Source: Longimicrobiales bacterium (GTDB lineage Bacteria > Gemmatimonadota > Gemmatimonadetes > Longimicrobiales > Gaopeijiaceae). From it: a stretch of 64,000 bases of DNA. The first letter of the stretch is position 1. Every line of letters starts with the position of its first letter. The notes beneath the pieces are model-generated. The model made no database searches. It was given only the letters and a program-made list of their open reading frames with translations, and was not told where the DNA came from. The position numbers were made by a program, and so were the translations under genes. The stretch is from positions 896,001 through 960,000 of the forward strand of contig CBDDCX010000008.1 of assembly GCA_965226375.1 (NCBI GenBank). Direction: 5' to 3'. Shown in pieces: positions 1-9,734 of this stretch.

Positions 1-100
1 CGAGGCAGGGGCTTTGTGGCGGCGTGCCCTCGAGATCAACCCCGAGAACCACGCGCTTCAGGCCAAGCTCGATCAGATCGGAGCGTCTGAAGGAGCGTGA
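1..100 (+). CDS. 3' end of a TPR-like protein (truncated by window edge)
   Basis: Frame from base 2 reads EAGALWRRALEINPENHALQAKLDQIGASEGA*; the 'ALEINP' pattern is TPR-like; TGA overlaps the next GTG. Confidence 0.6.
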   Translation, partial: EAGALWRRALEINPENHALQAKLDQIGASEGA

Positions 101-1056
101 TCTCCGGGATCCTGGTCCTACTTCTCGGGATCGGGCAGAATACGCCGACGCAGGATCTGGGCGGGAGTAGCCGGCTCCACGGAACGCGGGTCACCGTATC
201 CTTCATGGCGCCGGACTCGGGCAAGGCTGCACGCGTTCTGGAAGTTCTCGAAGCAGCACTCCCGTTGCCGGGACTGCCACCGGCGGTGCCTACTGGTGTT
301 CTCCTTCACCTGGCGCCTGACGAGGCCGCGTTCGAGCAACTTACGGGAGGTAGGGCTCCCGACTGGGGAGCCGGGGTCGCTCTTCCGGCTCAAGCGACCA
401 TCGTCATGCCCGCCTATGTGTCGGCGCGCGGCCGTGGGTGGAGTGACAACAAGGTCCTCCGCCACGAGTGGGCACACATCGGGTTGCACCAATACCTGGA
501 GGGGCTCCGGATTCCTCGCTGGTTCTCCGAGGGCTATGCCCAGTGGGCCAGCGGAGGGTGGGACTGGTCCGAAGGCTGGAAACTCAGGGTCGCCTTGGCA
601 AGGGATCGAAACCCCCTGGACTCACTCGATCTCTCGTGGCCACGTGACCAGGCGCGTGCCCGGACGGCCTATCTGCTCTCTGCTACGACCATCGAGTATC
701 TGGTGGTCCAGAGCAGCCCCAGGGCGCTGGAGGTGCTGCTCGCGAGGTGGAAGGAAGAGGGCAACTTCGAGAGGGCGTTCCGATCCACTTTTGGCGTGAC
801 CTCGGCTCAGTTCGAGGAGGACTGGCGGCGTTACGTGAAGGACCGATATGGCTGGGTCTTCGTGCTGTCACACTCTGCCGTGTTCTGGATGTTCCTGAGC
901 CTGGCCCTAGCCGCCATGGTGGGGGTCCGCCGCCGAGCCCGTCGAGAACGGCTGGCCCGCTTGAGGGCCCTCGATGCCCCCGACGAGCCCAGCTTCTGGC
1001 TCGAAGACCCTTCTCGCACGGGCCCACCGGGACCCGACCCGGACGGGTCGGAGTAA
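97..1056 (+). CDS. Peptidase MA-like zinc metallopeptidase with signal peptide and C-terminal TM helix
   Basis: HEXXH motif (LRHEWAH) followed by PRWFSEGYA; hydrophobic N- and C-terminal segments. Confidence 0.8.
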   Translation: MISGILVLLLGIGQNTPTQDLGGSSRLHGTRVTVSFMAPDSGKAARVLEVLEAALPLPGLPPAVPTGVLLHLAPDEAAFEQLTGGRAPDWGAGVALPAQATIVMPAYVSARGRGWSDNKVLRHEWAHIGLHQYLEGLRIPRWFSEGYAQWASGGWDWSEGWKLRVALARDRNPLDSLDLSWPRDQARARTAYLLSATTIEYLVVQSSPRALEVLLARWKEEGNFERAFRSTFGVTSAQFEEDWRRYVKDRYGWVFVLSHSAVFWMFLSLALAAMVGVRRRARRERLARLRALDAPDEPSFWLEDPSRTGPPGPDPDGSE

Positions 1057-1091
1057 GAGTAACCGACGTCTACCTGCATCAAAGAGGACCT

Positions 1092-2450
1092 TTGTCTCGT
1101 ATTCTGCTCGTCGACGACGACGCTGACACCCGCTCGGTCTTCCGGACCAAGCTCGAGCATTCGGGCCACGAGCTGGAGGAAGCTGAGAGTGCAGAGGCTG
1201 CGCTCGGCAAGGTCAAGTCGTTCGATCCCGCGGTTGTCATCACCGACGTACGGATGGACGGGATGACGGGCTTGGAGCTCCTCAACAGGCTCCGGGAGTC
1301 CATGGCGAGCGTCGACGTCATCGTCATGACCGGCCACGACTCTATGAGCTCGGCCGTAGAGGCCATGAAGTCCGGCGCGTTCGACTATTTGGTAAAGCCC
1401 GTGGGCCTGAAGGAGCTCGAGTCGGTGGTAGAGCGCTGCTTGAGCGAGCAGGAGTTGATCCGCGCGTCGGCAGAGGATCCGGAACCCGAGATCGAGGAGG
1501 AGGACGAGGGGACCAGCACCGTGGTGGGTCGTGACCCACGGATGATCGATATCTACAAGATGATCGGTGTCCTGTCCCGAAACCGCACCACCGTGCTCGT
1601 GCGGGGTGAGACCGGCACGGGTAAGGAGATGGTCGCCCGCGCTATCCACGACCATTCGCTCCACGCGGCGGAGCCGTTCATCGCGGTGAACTGTACGGCC
1701 CTCACAGACACCCTGCTGGAGTCTGAGCTTTTCGGGCACGCCCGCGGTGCGTTCACCGGGGCGATCGCGAACAAGAAGGGGTACTTCGAGCTGGCGGGGC
1801 GGGGAACCATCTTCTTGGACGAGATCGGCGACACCTCGCCCGACTTCCAGTCGAAGCTTCTCCGGGTGCTTCAGGAGAGGCAGTTCTATCCCGTCGGAGG
1901 TGAACAGCCGAAGCGGACGGAGGCTCGGGTGGTCGCCGCGACTCACCAGCCCATGGAGGAACTGGTATCAGAAGGCGGGTTTCGGGAGGACCTCTACTTC
2001 CGGCTGCGCGTCGTCGAGCTCGAAGTGCCCAGCCTCAGAGCGCGAAAGGGCGACATCGCTCTTCTGGCCAACCATCTGCTCGGCAGAATCCGCCGCGAAA
2101 CGGGCAGTGACGTTCGACGGATCTCGGAAGCGGCGATGGCGGAGCTGCTAGCCCACGACTGGCCGGGAAATGTACGTGAGCTCGAGAACGCCCTCACGAG
2201 GGGGGCCATCGTCGCGCGTGGACCGGTGATTGCACCGGAGCATCTGGCCCTCGGGCTGTCGGGCGACGGTCGCCGGCCGAAGGCGCAGCCGGCGCCCGCC
2301 AGGGAGGGTGACATGACCCTGGACGGTGCTATCGAGCACCAAGTTCGCCGAGTGCTACAGAGCACGGGCGGAAACAAGACCGAGGCGGCGGCGCTACTCG
2401 GGATCTCTCGCTCACGCCTCGCTCGTTATGTGGAACGCTTCGACCTTTAG
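1092..2450 (+). CDS. NtrC-family sigma-54-dependent response regulator (REC-AAA+-HTH)
   Basis: ILLVDDD receiver, GETGTGKE Walker A, ESELFGH and GAFTGA, WPGNVRELEN, Fis-type HTH; TTG start at 1092 after AGAGGA. Confidence 0.93.
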   Translation: MSRILLVDDDADTRSVFRTKLEHSGHELEEAESAEAALGKVKSFDPAVVITDVRMDGMTGLELLNRLRESMASVDVIVMTGHDSMSSAVEAMKSGAFDYLVKPVGLKELESVVERCLSEQELIRASAEDPEPEIEEEDEGTSTVVGRDPRMIDIYKMIGVLSRNRTTVLVRGETGTGKEMVARAIHDHSLHAAEPFIAVNCTALTDTLLESELFGHARGAFTGAIANKKGYFELAGRGTIFLDEIGDTSPDFQSKLLRVLQERQFYPVGGEQPKRTEARVVAATHQPMEELVSEGGFREDLYFRLRVVELEVPSLRARKGDIALLANHLLGRIRRETGSDVRRISEAAMAELLAHDWPGNVRELENALTRGAIVARGPVIAPEHLALGLSGDGRRPKAQPAPAREGDMTLDGAIEHQVRRVLQSTGGNKTEAAALLGISRSRLARYVERFDL

Positions 2451-2508
2451 AAAACTCCGTACCCAGCGTCGGTTGACCCGGGGATCCGGTTAAAATAGGA
2501 TCTTGGCC

Positions 2509-2712
2509 ATGGCCAAGAAGAAAGATACCAAATCAGGCGCAGCACAAACGGCGTCGCTTCAGTTCTCGCGAATCAATCTCGCGTTCGGAGTCGGGGCGTT
2601 GCTCACCATTACGCTCGGGTACTGGCTGCTCGCTCAGGGATCCATCACGATGGCGCCGATCCTTCTGGTGGTGGGCTACGTGTTCCTCGTACCGCTGGCC
2701 ATCATCCTGTAA
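2509..2712 (+). CDS. Small two-TM membrane protein (DUF3098-like)
   Basis: Basic N-terminus, two hydrophobic helices, 'SITMAPILLVVGY' segment. Confidence 0.65.
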   Translation: MAKKKDTKSGAAQTASLQFSRINLAFGVGALLTITLGYWLLAQGSITMAPILLVVGYVFLVPLAIIL

Positions 2713-2789
2713 AGGTCCGACCCCTCGGGGTCGAGCGCTCCCCCGCGTCGGCCTCGATGATCCCGACGTCGTGACTGGCAGGTACACCT

Positions 2790-4145
2790 TCAAGCCGGTT
2801 TCGTGAGCACCCGTGCCTGCGTGAACTGCCGGTGTCCATCCTTGGACTTGTGGAAGCCGTAGCCGCTCTGCCGTGCCCCGACCCACGGCGTCCCTGCCGC
2901 ACCGCTGGCCGCCCTGTTGATCCCGATCATGCCTGCGGTGAGTTGGCGCGCTACCCCGGCCGTGCGCTCGTCGTCCTCACCGAACACGACCGCGCCCAAC
3001 CCAAAGGGGGTGGCGTTGGCCCTCTCGATCGCGTCTTCCTCTGAGGCCACACGGGTCACGCACGCAACCGGACCGAACGTCTCGTCCTTGGCAATCGCCA
3101 TCTCCTCTGTCACACCCGTGAGAATGGTGGGCGTGACAAAGTTGTCGTGATGGCCGGAGCCGCCCGACAGGACGGTGGCCCCCTCACCGACCGCTCGATC
3201 GAGCTGTTCGAGTACATGATCCTTCTGCTGGGCGTTGACCATCGGACCCACCTGGACACCCTCGTCCAAGCCGTCGCCCTGCTTCATGGCCTCACCCGCT
3301 ACCACCAGGAGCGACTCGAAGCGATCCGCCACCGACTCCGGTACGAATATCCTCTCTGTGCTCACACAGACCTGACCGGCGTTCCGAAAACTGTTCCACG
3401 CCGCGAACTTGGCTGCCTTCTCGAGATCGGCGCTCTCCAGAATCACCAGGGGATCCTTGCCGCCGAGCTCCAGGATCACGCGTTTCAGCTCGCCGCTGGC
3501 TGCCCTGAGAATGTGTTTCCCCGTCTCTCGGGAACCCGTGAAAGCGATGAGGTCGACGTCACTCTCGACGAGCCGTTTGCCCTGATCGTCCGCTCCGTGG
3601 ACCACCTGTAGAACGTCGGGCGGGAGTGCCGAGTTCAGCACGTCAGCGTACGCCTGACCGCACAGGGGCGTCTCCTCCGACGGCTTGAGGATCACCGTGT
3701 TCCCGGCGGCCAACGCCGGAAGCACCATCCAATGAGGCATCGACATCGGGAAGTTCCAGGGCGTGATAGCTGCACACACGCCGAGGGCGTCGTGATATAC
3801 AGTGGAGTGGTTCCGACCGTCATCGAAGATCTCTGGAGCGAGAGCCTCACCGATTTCCTCCAATTCCTCCGTCACGAACGCCAAGGACTTGGCCTCTCCC
3901 ACCCCCTCGGCCAGCGGTTTCCCCATCTCCTCCGTGATGAGCCGGCCTAGGTCGTCAGCCCGCTCGGCGAACGTCTCAGAAGCTTTCGATAGGAGTCGGG
4001 CCCGCTCCTCGTGGCCCATCGCCTCCCAGGCCGGCTGGGCTGACCGTGCACGGTCCACGATGGCCGGGATATCGTCGGGAGATGTGACGAGGACTTCGCC
4101 GACCAGTGTACCGTCGGCCGGGTTGAAAGACTTCAGAGTGTCCAT
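2790..4145 (-). CDS. Aldehyde dehydrogenase family protein
   Basis: ITPWNFP, KPSE, FTGS, LELGGKDP, GQVC, ETFGP motifs; start placed at MDTLKSFNPA. Confidence 0.92.
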   Translation of the reverse strand: MDTLKSFNPADGTLVGEVLVTSPDDIPAIVDRARSAQPAWEAMGHEERARLLSKASETFAERADDLGRLITEEMGKPLAEGVGEAKSLAFVTEELEEIGEALAPEIFDDGRNHSTVYHDALGVCAAITPWNFPMSMPHWMVLPALAAGNTVILKPSEETPLCGQAYADVLNSALPPDVLQVVHGADDQGKRLVESDVDLIAFTGSRETGKHILRAASGELKRVILELGGKDPLVILESADLEKAAKFAAWNSFRNAGQVCVSTERIFVPESVADRFESLLVVAGEAMKQGDGLDEGVQVGPMVNAQQKDHVLEQLDRAVGEGATVLSGGSGHHDNFVTPTILTGVTEEMAIAKDETFGPVACVTRVASEEDAIERANATPFGLGAVVFGEDDERTAGVARQLTAGMIGINRAASGAAGTPWVGARQSGYGFHKSKDGHRQFTQARVLTKPA

Positions 4146-4563
4146 AACCGTTCTCGATTGGTGTTCTCTGGATCGTTTCCGAACCGGAAGATGGGCTCGG
4201 GAACGGCTGGACGCTACGCGTACCGCGATGGTGTCCGCGTCGCCTGCCTCCCCCGGGACGGCGGGTGTAGGGTCTGGACACGGCCGCCGACCTTCCAGGG
4301 CAAAGCCAGTGCTGCGTATGGAGGCCTGCTGGCTAATGGAGGCACCATGGCGATAAGCGCTCCGGGCAGGACGCCACGTGGTGGCTGGTCCGCCAAGCAC
4401 GACCAGCAGGCGCGGAACGCGGGGTACGCTTGCTGGACCGGGTGGATAGCCGCCATCCAGAAGGACGAAGACCGGAAGATCTGCGGGGCCAGAGCGCACA
4501 GCACGCAGTCGCTCGGTGGTTACGATTTCGGTGCTATTGGTGTTGATAGGGTCGTGACCGACG

Positions 4564-5511
4564 CTACTGCACGGTGAAGCCGTACGTGGCGCGCAGTGCG
4601 CCGTTGGTATAGACCTCGATCGCCCAGCTTCCGGGCGTCCCCGCGGTCAGTGAGCGGTTCCAGAACCAGTACGAGTGCCGCCACGTCTGCTGGAAGGTCG
4701 TGCCCACATCGTGAACGACGACGTCGCCGTCGTCGAGGATCAAGACTCGGATCACATCGCCTGTCGTCCCTCCCGCCATCGATAAGCCCACGCCGATCGT
4801 ACCGCCGGCGGCCACCGTCGTCGCGTTCGGCGGCGGGTCCTTGAGCTCGTCGACACCGCCGATGGCCCCCTCCTTCACGTTCAAGTCCATGAAGTCGAGC
4901 GGGGCGTCGTAGGTCGGTGGGGCGGCGAACAGCTCCTCGAGGAAAGGGTCGATCACGGTGCCACCCTCATCGCGCAGCTCGAGGTGCAGGTGGGGCGCCG
5001 TCGAGCATCCCGAGCTTCCCACCACGCCGAGCGCATCTCCCGCGCTGACCTGCTGACCGATGGTGACGACGATCGAGCTCTGCTTGAGGTGACCATAGGT
5101 CATCGTGGACCCGTCGTCGTGGCGGACGTCGACGAAGTTCGCCGTCCCTACGCAGGAGGTGTTGCGATCGGGCTGGCCATCACGGAGAGAAGCCACCTCA
5201 CCCGCATGGGCCGCGACGATCTGATGGCCACTGTCCATCCAACGGAAGTTCGGCACATCGATGTCGACGCCGGGGCGACCATTGTAGCTCTTCCCCCCGC
5301 CACGGTAGTCAAGCACGCCGGCACCGGTGTCGAGGTCGACGTAGTTGTTGATGACCCAGTCTGCCCCGTCCTCGCCGGCGACCGGCCACTGGAGCACGAG
5401 CGGATCCGAGTCATTCGGGCCCGTGCCGTCGGAGCTGCAGGCGGAAAGACCGAGAACGACGAATAGCCCCAGCGCTCGGGCGGGCGCGTGGTTCTGTGAG
5501 GGCATCGGCAT
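4564..5511 (-). CDS. M23-family peptidase-like lipoprotein (first Zn ligand His appears as Arg)
   Basis: Lipobox LSAC; YGHL and GSSGCSTAPHLHLE motifs; HxxxD motif reads RPGVD. Confidence 0.8.
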   Translation of the reverse strand: MPMPSQNHAPARALGLFVVLGLSACSSDGTGPNDSDPLVLQWPVAGEDGADWVINNYVDLDTGAGVLDYRGGGKSYNGRPGVDIDVPNFRWMDSGHQIVAAHAGEVASLRDGQPDRNTSCVGTANFVDVRHDDGSTMTYGHLKQSSIVVTIGQQVSAGDALGVVGSSGCSTAPHLHLELRDEGGTVIDPFLEELFAAPPTYDAPLDFMDLNVKEGAIGGVDELKDPPPNATTVAAGGTIGVGLSMAGGTTGDVIRVLILDDGDVVVHDVGTTFQQTWRHSYWFWNRSLTAGTPGSWAIEVYTNGALRATYGFTVQ

Positions 5512-5641
5512 CGTGAAGCGGTGTGGTCGGTGGAAGAGTAGCTCGGGGGGTGCCGAGCGATCCACGACCCAAGTGCGCTCCGGCGGGCTCAATACATTAT
5601 GACGGGCCGTTATCTACGAATCCCGAGCCGCGGGAGTCCCC

Positions 5642-5830
5642 ATGATCGATCGACGCCGCTTCATCGGAACCACGGCCCTCGGCAGCGCGGGCCTCGCCCT
5701 CGGTCCGGCGGCTTGTGCACCCGCTGGACGGGACGCCTGACTACAGAATCGAGGCCATGAGGCTGTCCACTGGAGAACGGAAGGTGCTGACGCCGGGGGT
5801 CAAGTCGTACGTGACACCCATGGGACATCT
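5642..5830 (+). pseudogene. Fragment mosaic: Tat signal peptide remnant joined to a beta-propeller-like fragment
   Basis: MIDRRRFIGTTALGSAGLALGPAAC stops at 5740; overlapping frame reads DYRIEAMRLSTGERKVLTPG...GHL. Confidence 0.5.
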
Positions 5831-6018
5831 GTGCTGGGGGGTGGGCTTTGGTGGGCGTGGTGCAGGACATCTACACCCAGGCGGACGACGAGACTACCTT
5901 GCAGGTTGTGTTGGACGCCGGGCAGCTGCGGGATGCACAGTGAATACCAACCCCAAGGGGTTGGGGGCGTCAGAGGCCACAGTGCTTTCGTGGCTTAGCT
6001 GCACGGCGAAAGACCCAC

Positions 6019-6093
6019 GGGCGGTTAGCTCAGTTGGTTCAGAGCGCCTGGTTTACACCCAGGAGGTCACTGGTTCGAATCCAGTACCGCCCA
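6019..6093 (+). tRNA. tRNA-Val (anticodon TAC), CCA not encoded
   Basis: Acceptor GGGCGGT/ACCGCCC, D arm TAGCTCAG, anticodon stem CCTGG/CCAGG with TAC at 6054-6056, T loop GGTTCGAATCC. Confidence 0.97.
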
Positions 6094-6461
6094 TTGCCGG
6101 AAGGTCAGGAATCAAGCGACTTCTGGGGGAGACAGCCTCCTCCCGCTCTCCACCTCCTTTCCCCATTGCATCCCGTTGCATCCCGCCGGAGGATTGTCGG
6201 GGAGAGGTCCGTTTCGGAAGCGGGCAACCCTGGTGGCAGGCCGCTGGCCAAGCCGTCCGGGAACCGACCCCAGTAGCAACCCCACCGCATGACAAACCCT
6301 CGTAGGCCTCGGGTCTTCGTGTTCCGGTTGCCCGCCTAATAGCCAGGCGGTCTGTTCAGGTTAGGCTGGGGAATGTTGCTGGGATGAGCCCAGGCTTGCG
6401 CCTCGTGGTGCCGGGAAGCCATTTGGTTTCACGGACGGTTGGCTCGGAGTCGTCACCTGGG

Positions 6462-7788
6462 GGTCAAGTCCCGAGTTGTGTGTAAAAGTGAGAGGAAGCT
6501 CCTCGATGCTTCGGTTAGGCTGCCTTGGCGACCTCCTTGGGTTCGAGAAGCGTGAGATCGAGGTAGCGGCGTTCGCTCCAGACCGCAGTAGTCTTCAGAG
6601 CAACCGCGGTGATGAGGCGGAGCGCACTGGCTCGGTCGGGGAAGGCGCCGGCGCTCCGGATCCGACGCTTGATCTCGGTGTGCAGGCGCTCGAGGCTGTT
6701 CGTGGTGCGTAGCCTGGCCCAGTGGGGCTCGGGGAACGCGTAGAACTGGGTGGCGGCCGTGAAGCCCCGCTCGAGCACCTTCATTGCCTCGGGGAGCTCC
6801 TCTTGCCAGCGCGTCGTGATCTCGGCCAGGCGCTTCTTCGCCTCAGCGAGCCCGGGGGCCCGGAAGACGGCGGCAACCTCGCGCGCCACACGCTTGCGCA
6901 GGCGATGCGGGACCTTGGCCAGCACGTTGCGTTGCAGGTGCACGGTGCAGCGCTGACGGCGCACCTCAGGCAGGAAGCGGCGCACCGCAGCTGCCAGGCC
7001 CGCGTGCTTGTCGGCGATCACCAGTTCGACGCCGCTGAGACCTCGCTCCAGGAGCTGCTCGAGGAGCTCCGACCAACTGTCCTCTGACTCCTCAGGGCCT
7101 AGCGTGATGGCCAGGAGCCGGCGGTGACCGTCCGGATCCACCGCGTAGGCCACGAGCGCGCTCACGTTCTCGACCTTCCTGGCCCAGCGCGCATCGAGGA
7201 ACGTCGCGTCCAGATACAGATAGGGGTGAGGCCCCTCGATGGGTGCGCTCCGCAGCGCTTCTACAGCCCCATCGAGCCGCTTCGCGACCCGGCTTACCGT
7301 CGAGCGTCCCACGCGCTCACCCAGCAGTGCTTCAGTCACGTCGCCCATCTTGCGCTGCGACACACCGCTCACGTAGGCCTCCACCATCATCTCGTCCACT
7401 TCTTCACTCCTGCGCCGGTAGCGGCCCATCACGTCGGCGGGCGAGCCGCCTTCCCGGCTGCGCGGCACCATCACGTCGATCTGACCCAAGCTCGTGAGCA
7501 GGCGCCTGAGGTACGTGCCGTTCCTGTGGTCCTTCCGGCTGCCGACCCGCTCGAAACGACGCGCTCCGACCATCGCTTTCAACTCCTCCTCCAGCACCAT
7601 CTCGAGCGTAACACGAATCGCGCCCTGAAACAACGACTTCAAATCCTGCCGTAACTCTTCTTGCGTGGCCCGCTCAACTTCAACCATCTTTTCCATGAGG
7701 AAGCTCCTTTCCGGTTCCGGACCTGCTGGCGCAGGCCCGGACTCCCCGGGTTCGTGTCATGATGAACATTCACAAGGAGCTTCCTCTC
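6462..7788 (-). mobile_element. IS256-family insertion sequence (upstream end incomplete)
   Basis: End GGTCAAGTCCCGAGTTGTGTGTAAAAGTGAGAGG resembles IS256 termini; only 13 bp of inverted match at 7776-7788; no target duplication seen. Confidence 0.82.
6515..7696 (-). CDS. IS256-family (Mutator-type) transposase
   Basis: RNGTYLR, YLYLDA, IADKHAGL, QRCTVHLQRN, RTTNSLERLHTEIKRR. Confidence 0.95.
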   Translation of the reverse strand: MEKMVEVERATQEELRQDLKSLFQGAIRVTLEMVLEEELKAMVGARRFERVGSRKDHRNGTYLRRLLTSLGQIDVMVPRSREGGSPADVMGRYRRRSEEVDEMMVEAYVSGVSQRKMGDVTEALLGERVGRSTVSRVAKRLDGAVEALRSAPIEGPHPYLYLDATFLDARWARKVENVSALVAYAVDPDGHRRLLAITLGPEESEDSWSELLEQLLERGLSGVELVIADKHAGLAAAVRRFLPEVRRQRCTVHLQRNVLAKVPHRLRKRVAREVAAVFRAPGLAEAKKRLAEITTRWQEELPEAMKVLERGFTAATQFYAFPEPHWARLRTTNSLERLHTEIKRRIRSAGAFPDRASALRLITAVALKTTAVWSERRYLDLTLLEPKEVAKAA

Positions 7789-7816
7789 TTTTTCCCGGGC
7801 TGTCCACCCTCCCCGG

Positions 7817-7869
7817 ACAGCGCACCTGATGGTTAACACAAGTGTGCCAGCTGATGGTTAACAGATTGG
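7817..7869 (-). mobile_element. Solo right end of the IS481-family element
   Basis: 53-bp exact reverse complement of 12891-12943. Confidence 0.88.
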
Positions 7870-7930
7870 CTCGCGTTCTTCGCTTGCGCTCAGCATCTTT
7901 GGCGCGCAGCAGAATCGCAATCCGGTAGAT
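7869..7930 (+). repeat. attC-like site, 3' half
   Basis: 54/62 identical to 17044-17105; ends GGTAGAT (one change from GTTRRRY) just before a gene. Confidence 0.65.
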
Positions 7931-7947
7931 GGCCCAATGGACTTCAG

Positions 7948-8346
7948 ATGACAGCCAAACCGTCGATTCGCACCTTGGTTCTAATCAGCGCGTCGCTGTA
8001 TGCCGCATTCTGCTCCCTCCCCTTCCTCCATCCCGCCCTAAGGAGGGTCCTCGGTGAGCCGGCTGACGTGGCGCAGATGTCAGCATTTTTCTGGCCGTAT
8101 CCGCTCTTCCTTAGTCTGTTGAAAGGCCTGGAGGGAAGTACAGCTACCTGGCTATTGGTAGATTTACTGGGTCTCGGAGCGGTCGTGCTTGGCTCGGCGT
8201 ATGCGTTCAGAAAACTCCGCGCCCTCGACGTCAAGCAGTGGTTCTTATACGCTGTCGCTCCGCTGATTTGGTATCTCCCGCTGCTGGGGGTTCAATTGGT
8301 CGCGTTTGGCATAGCCTTTATTCTGGGCATGGATATCGGCGAGTAG
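7948..8346 (+). CDS. Hypothetical membrane protein (cassette-like)
   Basis: 132 aa, three hydrophobic segments, visibly lower GC than the backbone, starts 17 bp after the attC-like end. Confidence 0.7.
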   Translation: MTAKPSIRTLVLISASLYAAFCSLPFLHPALRRVLGEPADVAQMSAFFWPYPLFLSLLKGLEGSTATWLLVDLLGLGAVVLGSAYAFRKLRALDVKQWFLYAVAPLIWYLPLLGVQLVAFGIAFILGMDIGE

Positions 8347-8614
8347 GTGGGTGAGCAGGGCTCCGAGGTGGTGGCCCGCGTGCAGGAGCTGGAGGAACGC
8401 CTAAGGGTGGCTTACGGTGATTTCTAAACAGCTGCTGTCGCGGTGAGCAAGCTATCACCGCCCGTCTAAGCGACGAGAGCCTTCCGGCCTACCCAGGATA
8501 CCGAATAAACCCCGAAGAAGCTCAGAACGTGAATACAAGCGTCCAACGGTCTTCTGCTTGCGCCTACCGGACCGCTCTCGGATGTTGACCACGGCCTGAT
8601 CCCGGAGTGCGCCC

Positions 8615-9688
8615 GTGTCCGATTCCGTCGCTCGTCTGAACGCTGTCCTTGGTCGCGTCGCCTCTCTCATCTTTCCGGCTACCGTGCTGAGCCTGGCCCT
8701 CGCAAGCTGCTCAGGCTCGCCATCCGGCTCCACGGTGCTGACGGCCGACATGCCGCTGCATCTGGAGCAACACCTAGACGCTGCCACCATCGTCGGCTCC
8801 GAAGTGCCGGTGGACGCTCCGACCGTTATGGAGTGGCACTTCGACGAGCCGCAGGAAGACTGGTAGCCGGCGGTGCCGTGGAACCCTACGAACGAGCCAG
8901 TCGAGGTCACGCAGCTCGAGGACGCGGTTCGTGTCACGCTGACGGACGGTACGAGGAATCCGAACGGCTTGCCGAGGGGCGGCATCGTTTGAGACGTGCC
9001 CGATTGGGCCTACGAGGATCTGGCGCACCTCGTGGTGCGTGCTCGCACGTCCGATGATGTCAGGAACATCGTGATCAACTTCAACCGACGCGAAGGGAGC
9101 GGGACGGATACGGACTTCCCCATGCCATTCGCTCACCGAGGCGAAACGGTCCCTGTTGTAAGCGACGGTACGGTGCAGACCTACCGGCTGCGGCTGGATT
9201 TCTTTGGGTGGCGCCCACGACCTGAGGGATCGATCCGGCAGCTCGCCCTGTGGTTCGATCCCAGCGATCTGGCCAGCATCGACATCCTTTCCATTACACT
9301 GACCACGAAGGTGGCCAACTACGCCGAGACGGGCGCCGCCTCGCGCACGGAAATCCGCAACCGGATTCATCGGCAGGCTCTGTATACCCACACGCCGGGC
9401 AGCGTAGAGTATCGGGTGAAGGTCCCGGAAGGTGGTCGGCTGTTCTACCGCAATGGAGCCGACGAGTTGGTGGCTGCACAGGTCACTACAGGTCCAACGT
9501 TCACGGTGGGCCAGCAAGAGGTGCTGTTTTCCCTCGCCGGGTACTATTCCGGCAGGGGTCATCCTCAATACGACGTGACGCCCGACGATCAGCGATTCGT
9601 GATGCTGAGGTTCGGGGATGAGGAGAACGCCGAACTCGTCTTGGTCCTGAACTTCTTCGAGGAGTTGAAGGAGCGGGTGCCGAATTGA
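8615..9688 (+). pseudogene. Chimeric pseudogene: N-terminus of a sulfatase-like lipoprotein fused in frame to a Ser/Thr-kinase-type beta-propeller tail
   Basis: Paralog of the 10660 gene with in-frame TAG (8864) and TGA (8990); switches near 9440 to FYRNG...YDVTPDDQRFVM...LNFFEELKERVPN. Confidence 0.8.
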
Positions 9689-9734
9689 ACCGTCAGGTCC
9701 CTTGGCTGCGCGTCTTCGTGGAAGGCGTGGTGAT
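9653..9734 (+). repeat. 82-bp exact direct repeat, copy 1 (connector spanning a stop/start overlap)
   Basis: Identical to 15017-15098. Confidence 0.92.

Noticed and set aside
2473..2496. TTGACC...TAAAAT promoter
   Set aside because: Spacer is only 12 bp
4158..4560. ORFs in the ALDH-M23 intergenic region
   Set aside because: No motif, RBS or codon-bias support on either strand
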